Origin: Patescibacteria group bacterium
GTDB lineage: Bacteria; Patescibacteriota; Patescibacteriia; JAHIZJ01
Length of the DNA: 64,000 nucleotides
Reading direction: 5' to 3'
NCBI GenBank assembly: GCA_028714495.1
Contig: JAQTMH010000001.1
Coordinates: forward strand, 245,036 to 309,035
Positions 49,860-58,240 of this stretch are shown piece after piece. The translations under genes were made by a program, and so were the position numbers. The notes under the pieces are model-generated. The model saw only the letters and a program-made list of their open reading frames with translations, was not told the DNA's origin and did no database searches. Numbering within the stretch: the stretch's first letter is position 1; the number at the start of each line of letters is the position of its first letter.

Positions 49860-50909
49860 ATGTTCAATGAAAATAAATTTTATTTGAATAAAGAGAGGAC
49901 TTCCCCAGACGCGGAAGAACAAGAAAGGATAAGAACGTCAAAAGAGGCTGTCAACGAAGTCATCGAGGAACGCGCACAATCTGTCCGCGAACGGTCAGTT
50001 GAATTTTCCCCAGAAATGGAAAGGTTTATTGCCGAAGCAAGGACCTGGCACGAAGAACGATTTCGTAAATTAGGCATAGATTGTATCACTTGGGGAAAGA
50101 ATTTTTTTAAAGTTCGTGAAGTCGAGGGTGGAACTTCCGGAAGTTCCGGATTAGGAATAAATCAGATTAAAGATTTAAGCACTGAAAGGCTTATGCCTAT
50201 TTCAATAGAGGAAGCAACGCGGCAAAACCAATTTCTTCCCATCGAAGTGCCGGATGAAATCCTTTCTGGAATTCCAAAAGGAGAGGCGGCAAGACAACTA
50301 CGCAATTACGTTGAGGCGTTGTTCATCGCTCACGAACTTTATCACGACGCGGCTCCAACATCAGTTTTATTCAAAACAGAAACCGATGAGACCACTGGGG
50401 AAAAATATCACGTAGCCGATTCGTTACCCTATGATCGGCATGGCGTACGTTATATTCGGCGCACTGAACACAGCGCTCCTCCGGCCGTTGAAGAGGGTTT
50501 AGCCATGACTATACAAAAACAAAGTGAGGGTTTTGCCGCTCAGCATTTTCCTGAAGGCGCCCGTATTTACCAGAAGCTATTGGATTATGTAGTAAGCAAT
50601 GATCCGAGGTTGAAAGATTATGACAGATCTCTTTTAAGTATCAGAAATTTTGATGGACATAATGTCAGGTATGGTCCGATGCAATACCTGGATGGATATA
50701 TTCTTACGACATTTTTATCTCGGCAAATTCCAAAATTTTTCGAAATAATTGAGCAAGCACGGATTAATGGAAAAGTCTTACCGCTTGCTCGCGCTGTTGA
50801 AAATAAATTTGGAAGAGGAAGTTATAAAAGGATTTTTACTGCTGGAGAAGATGAAGCACTCAATGTTTTAGAAGAGATAAGAGAGAAAGTAGACTCAAAG
50901 CAAAAATAA
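49860..50909 (+). CDS. Hypothetical protein with HExxH zincin-like motif
   Basis: AHELYH and downstream EEG. Confidence 0.6.
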   Translation: MFNENKFYLNKERTSPDAEEQERIRTSKEAVNEVIEERAQSVRERSVEFSPEMERFIAEARTWHEERFRKLGIDCITWGKNFFKVREVEGGTSGSSGLGINQIKDLSTERLMPISIEEATRQNQFLPIEVPDEILSGIPKGEAARQLRNYVEALFIAHELYHDAAPTSVLFKTETDETTGEKYHVADSLPYDRHGVRYIRRTEHSAPPAVEEGLAMTIQKQSEGFAAQHFPEGARIYQKLLDYVVSNDPRLKDYDRSLLSIRNFDGHNVRYGPMQYLDGYILTTFLSRQIPKFFEIIEQARINGKVLPLARAVENKFGRGSYKRIFTAGEDEALNVLEEIREKVDSKQK

Positions 50910-50953
50910 CAAAAAACAGCCCTCTAAAAAGAAAGCTGTTTTTTTATTATTAG

Positions 50954-51664
50954 CTACATCTGCTGATTGTCTTTTCTATCAGTCACATCCCGGTGTATTT
51001 TTTCCAACACGTCTTTTGCCTTTTCCCGGCCGCCTAGACCAAAGGCCAATCCGCCAGCTAATGCCAGCATGGCGACTAAGCCGGTGAATAGGGTCTCCAG
51101 CAAGTTTGCCGCGACTTTTAATTGAACCAACGCTGCTAAAATGCTGAAAATCAGTATTGCCCATTTAGCCACACTAGCTAGGAAATTAGCTGATAATAGG
51201 CCAGCTGCTTCGACCGACTTTCTTACAATGCTTTGCGCAAAATTTGCGAAAACAACGCCTAAAAGCAGTATAATCACAGCCACAATAACATTTGGCAGAT
51301 AGGACACAACGCCATCTAGAAACTCAGTCACTTGCTGGAGATTTAATACTTCAGAAGCAGAAACAATAAAAACGATAAACAAGAACCATTTCACCAGAAA
51401 ACCGCCGCCTTTGGCTATGTTTAGCTTAATTCCTGCTTTTTCAAACCCATCTTTAATGCCTAGTTTTTTCAAGGCATTATCAATCCAAACAATCTTTAAA
51501 ATCCTGACAACCAGCTTCTCAACCAGAATCGCGATGTACCAGCCAATGATCAGAATTAATATTGCGCCGATTAAATTTGGGAGAAAATTAATGACCCCTC
51601 TCCAAATATCCTGAAGTGAAGACATTAATACATCCCCCCAATCATTTACTGTCATTTTTCTCAC
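50954..51664 (-). CDS. TM-helix-repeat membrane protein (MscS/CmpX-like)
   Basis: Two LPN.I.A..IL repeats; ALAGGLAFGLGG. Confidence 0.8.
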   Translation of the reverse strand: MRKMTVNDWGDVLMSSLQDIWRGVINFLPNLIGAILILIIGWYIAILVEKLVVRILKIVWIDNALKKLGIKDGFEKAGIKLNIAKGGGFLVKWFLFIVFIVSASEVLNLQQVTEFLDGVVSYLPNVIVAVIILLLGVVFANFAQSIVRKSVEAAGLLSANFLASVAKWAILIFSILAALVQLKVAANLLETLFTGLVAMLALAGGLAFGLGGREKAKDVLEKIHRDVTDRKDNQQM

Positions 51665-51776
51665 CTCCTTTCTTTTGGCTAATGTTAGCCATTTAAATTG
51701 TTTTTATAAACACAATATTCACATTATTTAAAGATCTAATTCTTGACAATAAACTACATTTTGCTAGTTTATATAG

Positions 51777-52061
51777 GCGAGATATTCCTTGTCCGGTGGT
51801 TCGTTCTTCCTTGTCAGGTGCCAACGAGTTACCTGACTAAGGTCCTTGGAATTGCGCGGCTACCCGGAAGATATGGGAGGGTGCACCTGGTCTTTCTGGG
51901 GAAACTAGTGCCAAGCACTCGAATGAGCTTGACGTTAATGGTCACTCCAACCTCTCTCGCTCAAGGTAAGTGCTCCAGGCGAAAAAAATCGGACGCAAGA
52001 ACCAACCAAATCGCAGGAAACTGCCACCACTGCCGCTCCTTAGACAAGGAGTCATTCTCGC
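51777..52061 (+). ncRNA. Candidate ~285-nt structured RNA
   Basis: Promoter at 51743, long 5'/3' closing stem, terminator at 52064-52100. Confidence 0.5.
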
Positions 52062-52122
52062 ACACGGGATAGAGCTCTGCTCGATTCCCGTCTTTTTTTT
52101 GCTTATTTTAGCAATTTTTCAA

Positions 52123-52138
52123 TGTTCCACGTGGAACA
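52123..52138. other. parS-like site
   Basis: Perfect palindrome TGTTCCACGTGGAACA. Confidence 0.8.
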
Positions 52139-52388
52139 ACCGACCAATCAACCAATTTACCAATTAACTAGCTTTGGTGCCTTTCCGCAACCCGCCTGAC
52201 AAAGCGTGGTGGAGACACGGGGAGTCACCGCCATAGGCGCCTGCCCGACGGCTGGCGGGGGTCCGCCTTATCTATAATTTTTTATTTAGTTGTGGCGGAG
52301 AACTCTCCTAATCTCTTCCATTTCCCCGTATTCGAAGTGTAAGCATCAAGGCGTGCCAAGTAAAAATTATGGTTTTTTGGTCTGTACT

Positions 52389-52803
52389 TGGTGGGCCTAG
52401 GCGGCCCCGGACTCGGATCCGGGGGAACCGCTGTTTCCACAATGCGAATGCGGGGTCTCGCCTGCTTACCTATGCTTGGTGGAGATGGGGGGACTCGGAC
52501 CCCCTACCTCAGTCCCGCAACCGGGTGGAACCGTGCCCCGCCGCATGGCGGGGCGACCTCCGCAACCCGCCTGCCAAAGCGTGGTGGAGACAGGGGGAGT
52601 CGAACCCCCGACCTTCGCAATGCGAATGCGACGCTCTACCAACTGAGCTATGTCCCCACCACGCGGCGGGCAGGTGCGAATGCGGCGCTCTACCAACTGA
52701 GCTAACGGCCCACCCTGGTGCGGGACGAATGCTGCGCTCTACCAGATGAGCTACATCCCCATCAAGCATAGGCGGGCAGGTCTTACCGCTGGACCATAGG
52801 CCC
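52389..52803 (-). pseudogene. Three split, degenerate tRNA shells nested around tRNA-Ala(CGC)
   Basis: Matching 5' and 3' tRNA halves on either side of each inverted-repeat insert. Confidence 0.75.
52582..52657 (-). tRNA. tRNA-Ala(CGC)
   Basis: Cloverleaf, G3.U70, anticodon CGC, CCA. Confidence 0.93.
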
Positions 52804-52823
52804 TAATATTAGCTAATTTTCGA

Positions 52824-52839
52824 TGTTCCACATGGAACA
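52824..52839. other. parS-like site
   Basis: TGTTCCACATGGAACA (one mismatch). Confidence 0.7.
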
Positions 52840-52980
52840 AATATTCCGTCCAACAATTAACCAATCAACTTATAGGCCAATTTCTATAAACAATCTGCTG
52901 ACCTTTGAGGACCCGGACTCTGAACCGGGGGAACCACCATCTCAACCATAGAATAGGTTAGTCTTGCCTGCCCTTGCCCG

Positions 52981-53052
52981 TGCCCCCACCATGAATCGAA
53001 CATGGATCCAGGGCTTAGGAGTCCCTTGTTCTATCCGTTGAACTATGGGGGC
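52981..53052 (-). tRNA. tRNA-Arg(CCT)
   Basis: GCCCCCA/TGGGGGC acceptor, anticodon CCT, TTCGATT T-loop; no encoded CCA. Confidence 0.88.
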
Positions 53053-53123
53053 ATAGGCTAGGGTAGGCATAATTAACCATTGCTAATCTGTTCTTTTATC
53101 TAATATTAGCAATATAACATATA

Positions 53124-53139
53124 TGTTCCACGTGGAACA
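53124..53139. other. parS-like site
   Basis: TGTTCCACGTGGAACA. Confidence 0.8.
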
Positions 53140-53195
53140 ATATTTTCACTATTTATTATTTTTGCTTGTACTAGCATTAATTATGCGTCGTAAAA

Positions 53196-53414
53196 CTATA
53201 TAATAGCATTAAAAACATTTTCTGATAAATTAGTAATAAAGTCCTGTTTCACCTCAAAATAGTATAAAATACCCAAGCCAGCGAATATTATAATACAAAT
53301 AATTAATATTGTCAATAAATCCCTTTTCAAAATGTTTACCGGCTTTTTTTCTTTGGTTGGTTCATTGACTAATTCTGGCTGTTGAATAGGTTGGCTCTGA
53401 TCCTGGTTGCTCAT
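53196..53414 (-). CDS. Small single-TM protein
   Basis: GGGAG RBS; one hydrophobic helix. Confidence 0.55.
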   Translation of the reverse strand: MSNQDQSQPIQQPELVNEPTKEKKPVNILKRDLLTILIICIIIFAGLGILYYFEVKQDFITNLSENVFNAII

Positions 53415-53543
53415 AAATCTCCCATTAGTTAATTGTTACGAGTTCAGTGTATCTTATTTTTACCTTTTCTCAAAAGATTTCTTTGACAAAGTGAGCAAAA
53501 AAAACCTACTATGGGAGTAGACTACCTATTAACTTATACAAAC

Positions 53544-53954
53544 ATGTTTACCAAAGACAACAAAACCGACTCCGAAACCGAAACCATCATCGGCCAATCA
53601 GTCCGGGTTGAGGGAAATTTCACCAGCCAAGGCAATATTGTAGTCGAGGGGGGCGTTGCCGGCACTCTTAAAACCAGCGGCAATTTGAGAATCGGGCCAA
53701 ACGCCAAACTCAAAGCCGACGTTCAGGCTAAGAGCATTTTTACCTCTGGTGAAATTCGCGGTAATAACATCATCGCCTCGGAAAAAATCGAAATGACAAA
53801 AACCGCGAAAATTTTCGGCAACGTGCAGGCCCCTACCATTTCCATGGAGGCGGGCGCCATTTTAAACGGTAAAGTCAATATGTCGGCGGCACCTGAAGTC
53901 GTCGACGCCAGTTTGCCCTTGCCGGAGAAAAAGGAGCGGAAGAACAATAAATAA
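53544..53954 (+). CDS. Bactofilin (polymer-forming cytoskeletal protein)
   Basis: ETIIG..V.VEGN beta-helix repeats; EAGAILNG. Confidence 0.88.
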   Translation: MFTKDNKTDSETETIIGQSVRVEGNFTSQGNIVVEGGVAGTLKTSGNLRIGPNAKLKADVQAKSIFTSGEIRGNNIIASEKIEMTKTAKIFGNVQAPTISMEAGAILNGKVNMSAAPEVVDASLPLPEKKERKNNK

Positions 53955-53961
53955 TTTTTTC

Positions 53962-54735
53962 ATGTACGTTTATCTGTACGATACGTTTGTTGCTGAACCA
54001 AAATGGCAAAGCCAAATAGCCCGGATAGAAAATCGGCTGACTGATTTGGGTATTGCCGGAAGAATCTGCCGTCTCTCGATTTTGACCAGTCTCGAGGAAA
54101 TAATTACCGAAGCGATAAAAAAAGGCGCTGATACGATTGTGGCGGTCGGGAACGACAACACGGTCAGAAAAGTTATTCCGCTGGTGGCCAGCCAAACAGT
54201 CAGTTTCGGTATCATCCCGGTCGGGGGACCGAGCCGGCTGGCTGAACTTCTCGGAATACCCGAAGGTGAAAAAGCCTGCGACGTTCTTTCGGCCCGAGTA
54301 GTCGAGCGCCTCGATCTAGGCAAAGTAAACGAACAATATTTCTTAACTCAGCTGGAAATCCCCTTTGGCGATCTTGAGCTTTCACTCGACAACCAATACA
54401 CGGTGAGACCGTTAAACCCAGAACAGAGCATCACCATTTATAACCTGGGCATTTTTTCACCTAAAAATTCACCTGAAAATTATAAAAGCAACCCGCGCGA
54501 TGGTCTTCTGGAGCTGGTTGTTTCAGGCGGCGCTTCAGGCGGACTGGGACATTGGTTCAAAAAGGGCGAAGAGCACAACAGCGTTTTTTCCCTGCGGACC
54601 GCCCGAATCAACTGCCCGCAAACCAGCCAACAGTCGGTCATTGCCGACGGCTATACCGTAGTCAATACGCCAGTCAAGATCGCGGTGGCACCTAAAAGAT
54701 TGAAGGTGGTGGTAGGAAAAAACCGAGCTTTTTAA
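53962..54735 (+). CDS. Diacylglycerol-kinase-like protein (degenerate motif)
   Basis: VAVGND.T, GIIPVG, LDLGKVN, DGLLE, ADG. Confidence 0.7.
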   Translation: MYVYLYDTFVAEPKWQSQIARIENRLTDLGIAGRICRLSILTSLEEIITEAIKKGADTIVAVGNDNTVRKVIPLVASQTVSFGIIPVGGPSRLAELLGIPEGEKACDVLSARVVERLDLGKVNEQYFLTQLEIPFGDLELSLDNQYTVRPLNPEQSITIYNLGIFSPKNSPENYKSNPRDGLLELVVSGGASGGLGHWFKKGEEHNSVFSLRTARINCPQTSQQSVIADGYTVVNTPVKIAVAPKRLKVVVGKNRAF

Positions 54736-54879
54736 ATGTGGGCGTCAATCAAGAACCTTTGAAAAGGTCTTTTTTATTGACAACTTTTACCAAAGTAGCT
54801 AAGGTTCAGTTGTTGAAATTACGCGTCAGTGGCCACTTCAGGAGGCAGTTAAAACGTTCGTTCACAAAGGGAGGGGGAA

Positions 54880-56001
54880 ATGGATTCACGCTACGAAAAG
54901 CTAGCCCAGGTGCTCGTTCGCCATTCCACGAAGGTGCGGAAGGGTGATCGGGTGTTACTCATGACAGATGTATCAACACCACATGACATGAATCTCGCGG
55001 TCATCCAGGCGGTGCGTGATGCGGGAGGCGTGTGTCTTGAGCCGTATATCATGGATCAGCGACTGCAAGCGGCCGCGCGAATCGGCTGCACTGCTAGGCA
55101 GCTTCGCGTGGACGCGGCCGCGCAGCTCGTCCGGTATCTCGGTGCCGCCGTGCGGATCGCTATTCGGGGGTACATGAATCCGCTTGAGATCGGAGATGTA
55201 CCACCTGAAGATTCCCAACGGTATAGTCGGGAATACCTCAACATCGTCATGGACGAAGGCGTCGAGGGGACACGGTGGGTTCTGACGGAATGGCCAACAC
55301 CAGGCTTTGCCGTTCTCGCGAACATGTCCACGACTGGAGCAGAGCAGTTCTTCTTCGAGGCTGTATTCGCGGACTATCCCGCGATGACTCGCGCTGCCCA
55401 ACCCCTTCGGCATCTCATGGAGCGGACCAAGCAGGTCCGCATTGTGGGGCCGAAGAGAACCGACCTCACCTTTAGCATCGAAGGTGTCCCGGTTGTTCCG
55501 TGCATTGGGAAGAAGAACATCCCGGACGGAGAGATGTACACGGCACCGGTTCTCAATTCCGTGAACGGTGTGATCGAGTTCAATACCGTTTCCATCACGC
55601 GCGAAGGAGAGCGTTTCAGCGGCATTGGGTTTGAGGTGAAAGATGGGGTGATCGTCCGCGAGTGGTGCGAAACCGGCGATTCCGACCGTCTTAGCAAGAG
55701 ACTCGATACTGATGAGGGTGCTCGTCGGTTTGGAGAGTTCTCTCTCGGGCTCAACTGGGATGTGACGCGGACGATTGGCGACACGCTTTTCGACGAAAAG
55801 GTCGGCGGGTCGTTCCATCTCACTCCGGGGAGATCATACGATGATGCCCCAAACGGGAACTCGAGCGCGACTCACTGGGATCTCGTCTGCGATCAGCGCG
55901 AGGGATTCGGCGGAGGTGATATCTACTTCGACGGCAGGCTCGTTCGCAAGAATGGCCTTTTCGTTCCCAAGGTCTTGGCAAACCTGAATCCCAGAGCATA
56001 G
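54880..56001 (+). CDS. Aminopeptidase, M29 (AmpS/thermophilic) family
   Basis: NIPDGE, GEF, LFDEK..GSFH, HWD. Confidence 0.88.
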   Translation: MDSRYEKLAQVLVRHSTKVRKGDRVLLMTDVSTPHDMNLAVIQAVRDAGGVCLEPYIMDQRLQAAARIGCTARQLRVDAAAQLVRYLGAAVRIAIRGYMNPLEIGDVPPEDSQRYSREYLNIVMDEGVEGTRWVLTEWPTPGFAVLANMSTTGAEQFFFEAVFADYPAMTRAAQPLRHLMERTKQVRIVGPKRTDLTFSIEGVPVVPCIGKKNIPDGEMYTAPVLNSVNGVIEFNTVSITREGERFSGIGFEVKDGVIVREWCETGDSDRLSKRLDTDEGARRFGEFSLGLNWDVTRTIGDTLFDEKVGGSFHLTPGRSYDDAPNGNSSATHWDLVCDQREGFGGGDIYFDGRLVRKNGLFVPKVLANLNPRA

Positions 56002-56100
56002 GGGGATCAATCGTTCACTTGACCCGGCGTTACTACGCGCCGGGCTTTTTTATTGACAGAAAAGGTGATACTCTGTAGAATATATGGAAGCTCAATTGCT

Positions 56101-57891
56101 ATGACTGAACCTAAACTCAAAAAAATCGAAATACCGTCCAGGATAGTGGTGCGCGAGCTGGCTGAAAAACTTGGCCGGCCGGTGACTGACATTATCTCCC
56201 AGCTCATGCACAGCGGAGTAATGTCTTCGCTCAATGAACTGATTGATTTTGATACTGCCGCGATCGTGGCGGGTGATTTAGGTTTTGAGCTGGTGCTTAA
56301 AGAGGGTGAGGACGATGAAAAGACTAGCGTTGAAAGTCTGGTTAGTACTGAAGCTAAAGAGAATTTAAAGCCTCGGCCGCCGGTTGTAGTAGTGATGGGC
56401 CATGTCGATCATGGCAAAACCAAACTACTTGACGCCATCCGTCAGACAAACGTGGTTGACCAGGAAGCTGGCGGCATAACCCAGCACATCAGTTCATACC
56501 AGGTGACAGAACGAGACCGGATTATCACTTTCATCGACACCCCCGGCCACGAAGCCTTCACAGCGATGCGCTCGCGCGGCGCCCGAGTAGCTGATTTGGC
56601 GATTCTGGTTGTAGCGGCTGATGACGGGGTCAAGCCGCAAACCGTGGAAGCTATAAAAATTATCGAGGAGGCGCGGATTCCGATGATCGTGGCTATAAAT
56701 AAGGTTGACTTGCCAAGCGCGAATCCTGACCGGATCAAACAACAACTGGCTGAAAAAAACGTGCTGGTCGAGGATTGGAGTGGAAAGGTTCCGGTGATCA
56801 ATGTGTCAGCCAAGAATAAGACTGGCATAACCGAGCTTCTTGATCTGATTCTGCTGGTAACCGACATGCATCAAGGCGAAATCATGGCTAATCCAAACCG
56901 CGAGGCAATCGGTACCGTAATTGAATCCCACATTGATAAAGGCATTGGTCCGGTGGCCGTGGTGGTTATTCAAACCGGCACCTTGCGAATCGGCGACCTG
57001 ATAACCGTAGGCGGAACAGGCGGTGGCAAGGTCCGGGTGATGCACGACTTCCTCGGCCGGAATGTCCTCGAGGCAATTCCCTCCCAGCCGGTCGAAATAT
57101 GTGGTTTAAAAACCGCCTCAAAAGTTGGCGATATTCTCACGGTCATCGATAAAAAAGAGCTGGCTAAGATAAGAAAACAAAAAATCTACAAGCCCTCCAC
57201 GCCCACGGTTCATCTGATAAAAAAAGAGGTGGAAGAACAGAAAGCCGCCGGCGGTGAAAAGAAAGAAATAAAAAAATTCAACCTCGTGCTCAAAGCCGAT
57301 ACTCTGGGCTCGCTCGAGGCGATTATCAATTCCTTGCAAAAGATAAAATGCGAAGAGATTTCAGTGAACGTTGTGGCTAAAGGATTGGGTAATATTACCG
57401 AAGCTGACGTCTTGAGAGCCACGACTTCTCAAGCCGAGCTTTATGGATTTCACGTGGCCGTGACACCGTCAGCTGAAGAAGTGGCCAAGGGCCAAAAATT
57501 TACCATTCAGACTTTTACGATAATCTATGATCTAATAAATGCCGTGCTGGCCGAGCTGGAAAAGCTTCTGGAGCCGGAGATTATTCATACGACCCTGGGT
57601 GAATTGAAGGTTCTGGCTGTCTTCCGAGTCAAGCTTCCGACTATTATCTCTGGCGGCCGGATCACTTCCGGGAAATTTACGACTGGCGCCCGGGTAAAAA
57701 TAATCCGCCAGGGCCAGGAAGTGGGTTCGGGCAAAATCGAACAGCTTCAAATCAACAAGCAGGGGGTGGCTGAAGCGCCGGCCGGCCGCGAAATCGGGAT
57801 GAAAATAAACAGCCGGCAGCCTATTGAAGTCGGCGATACCATTCAGGCCTTTAGCGAAGAGGTGAAGCAAAAAAAACTTATTCTCGAATAA
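56101..57891 (+). CDS. infB: Translation initiation factor IF-2
   Basis: MGHVDHGKT, GGITQH, DTPGHEAF, NKVD. Confidence 0.97.
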   Translation: MTEPKLKKIEIPSRIVVRELAEKLGRPVTDIISQLMHSGVMSSLNELIDFDTAAIVAGDLGFELVLKEGEDDEKTSVESLVSTEAKENLKPRPPVVVVMGHVDHGKTKLLDAIRQTNVVDQEAGGITQHISSYQVTERDRIITFIDTPGHEAFTAMRSRGARVADLAILVVAADDGVKPQTVEAIKIIEEARIPMIVAINKVDLPSANPDRIKQQLAEKNVLVEDWSGKVPVINVSAKNKTGITELLDLILLVTDMHQGEIMANPNREAIGTVIESHIDKGIGPVAVVVIQTGTLRIGDLITVGGTGGGKVRVMHDFLGRNVLEAIPSQPVEICGLKTASKVGDILTVIDKKELAKIRKQKIYKPSTPTVHLIKKEVEEQKAAGGEKKEIKKFNLVLKADTLGSLEAIINSLQKIKCEEISVNVVAKGLGNITEADVLRATTSQAELYGFHVAVTPSAEEVAKGQKFTIQTFTIIYDLINAVLAELEKLLEPEIIHTTLGELKVLAVFRVKLPTIISGGRITSGKFTTGARVKIIRQGQEVGSGKIEQLQINKQGVAEAPAGREIGMKINSRQPIEVGDTIQAFSEEVKQKKLILE

Positions 57892-57892
57892 C

Positions 57893-58240
57893 GTGTCCGC
57901 CAAACGCTTGGCTCAAGTTAATGAACTTATCCGGCAGGAGCTTTCACTAATCCTGAACCGCGAGCTTGATTTTCCAGCTGGCTGTCTGGTCACGGTTAGC
58001 GGGGTCAAAGTTTCGGTTGATCTCGAACACGCCAGCGTCTATGTAAAAATATATCCGACTGCCCATACCCAGGCAGCTTGGCATATCCTGATTCACCGGC
58101 TTAAGGAAATTCAAACTTTGCTTAATCGAAAGCTGGTCATGAGATTCGTGCCAAAAATTTTTTTTCGGCTTGACGCTTCGGAAGAAAAAGCGGACCACAT
58201 CGAAAGACTAATTGACCAACTCCACAAAAACAATGGTTGA
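57893..58240 (+). CDS. rbfA: Ribosome-binding factor A
   Basis: Directly follows infB; VS.DL.HA and P.I.F.LD motifs. Confidence 0.88.
   Translation: MSAKRLAQVNELIRQELSLILNRELDFPAGCLVTVSGVKVSVDLEHASVYVKIYPTAHTQAAWHILIHRLKEIQTLLNRKLVMRFVPKIFFRLDASEEKADHIERLIDQLHKNNG

Noticed and set aside
52369-52769. ORFs overlapping the nested tRNA locus
   Set aside because: Translations of tRNA and palindrome sequence.
53090-53510. oriC as a called feature
   Set aside because: AT-rich and close to parS, but no clear TTATCCACA cluster and no dnaA; kept only as an inference.
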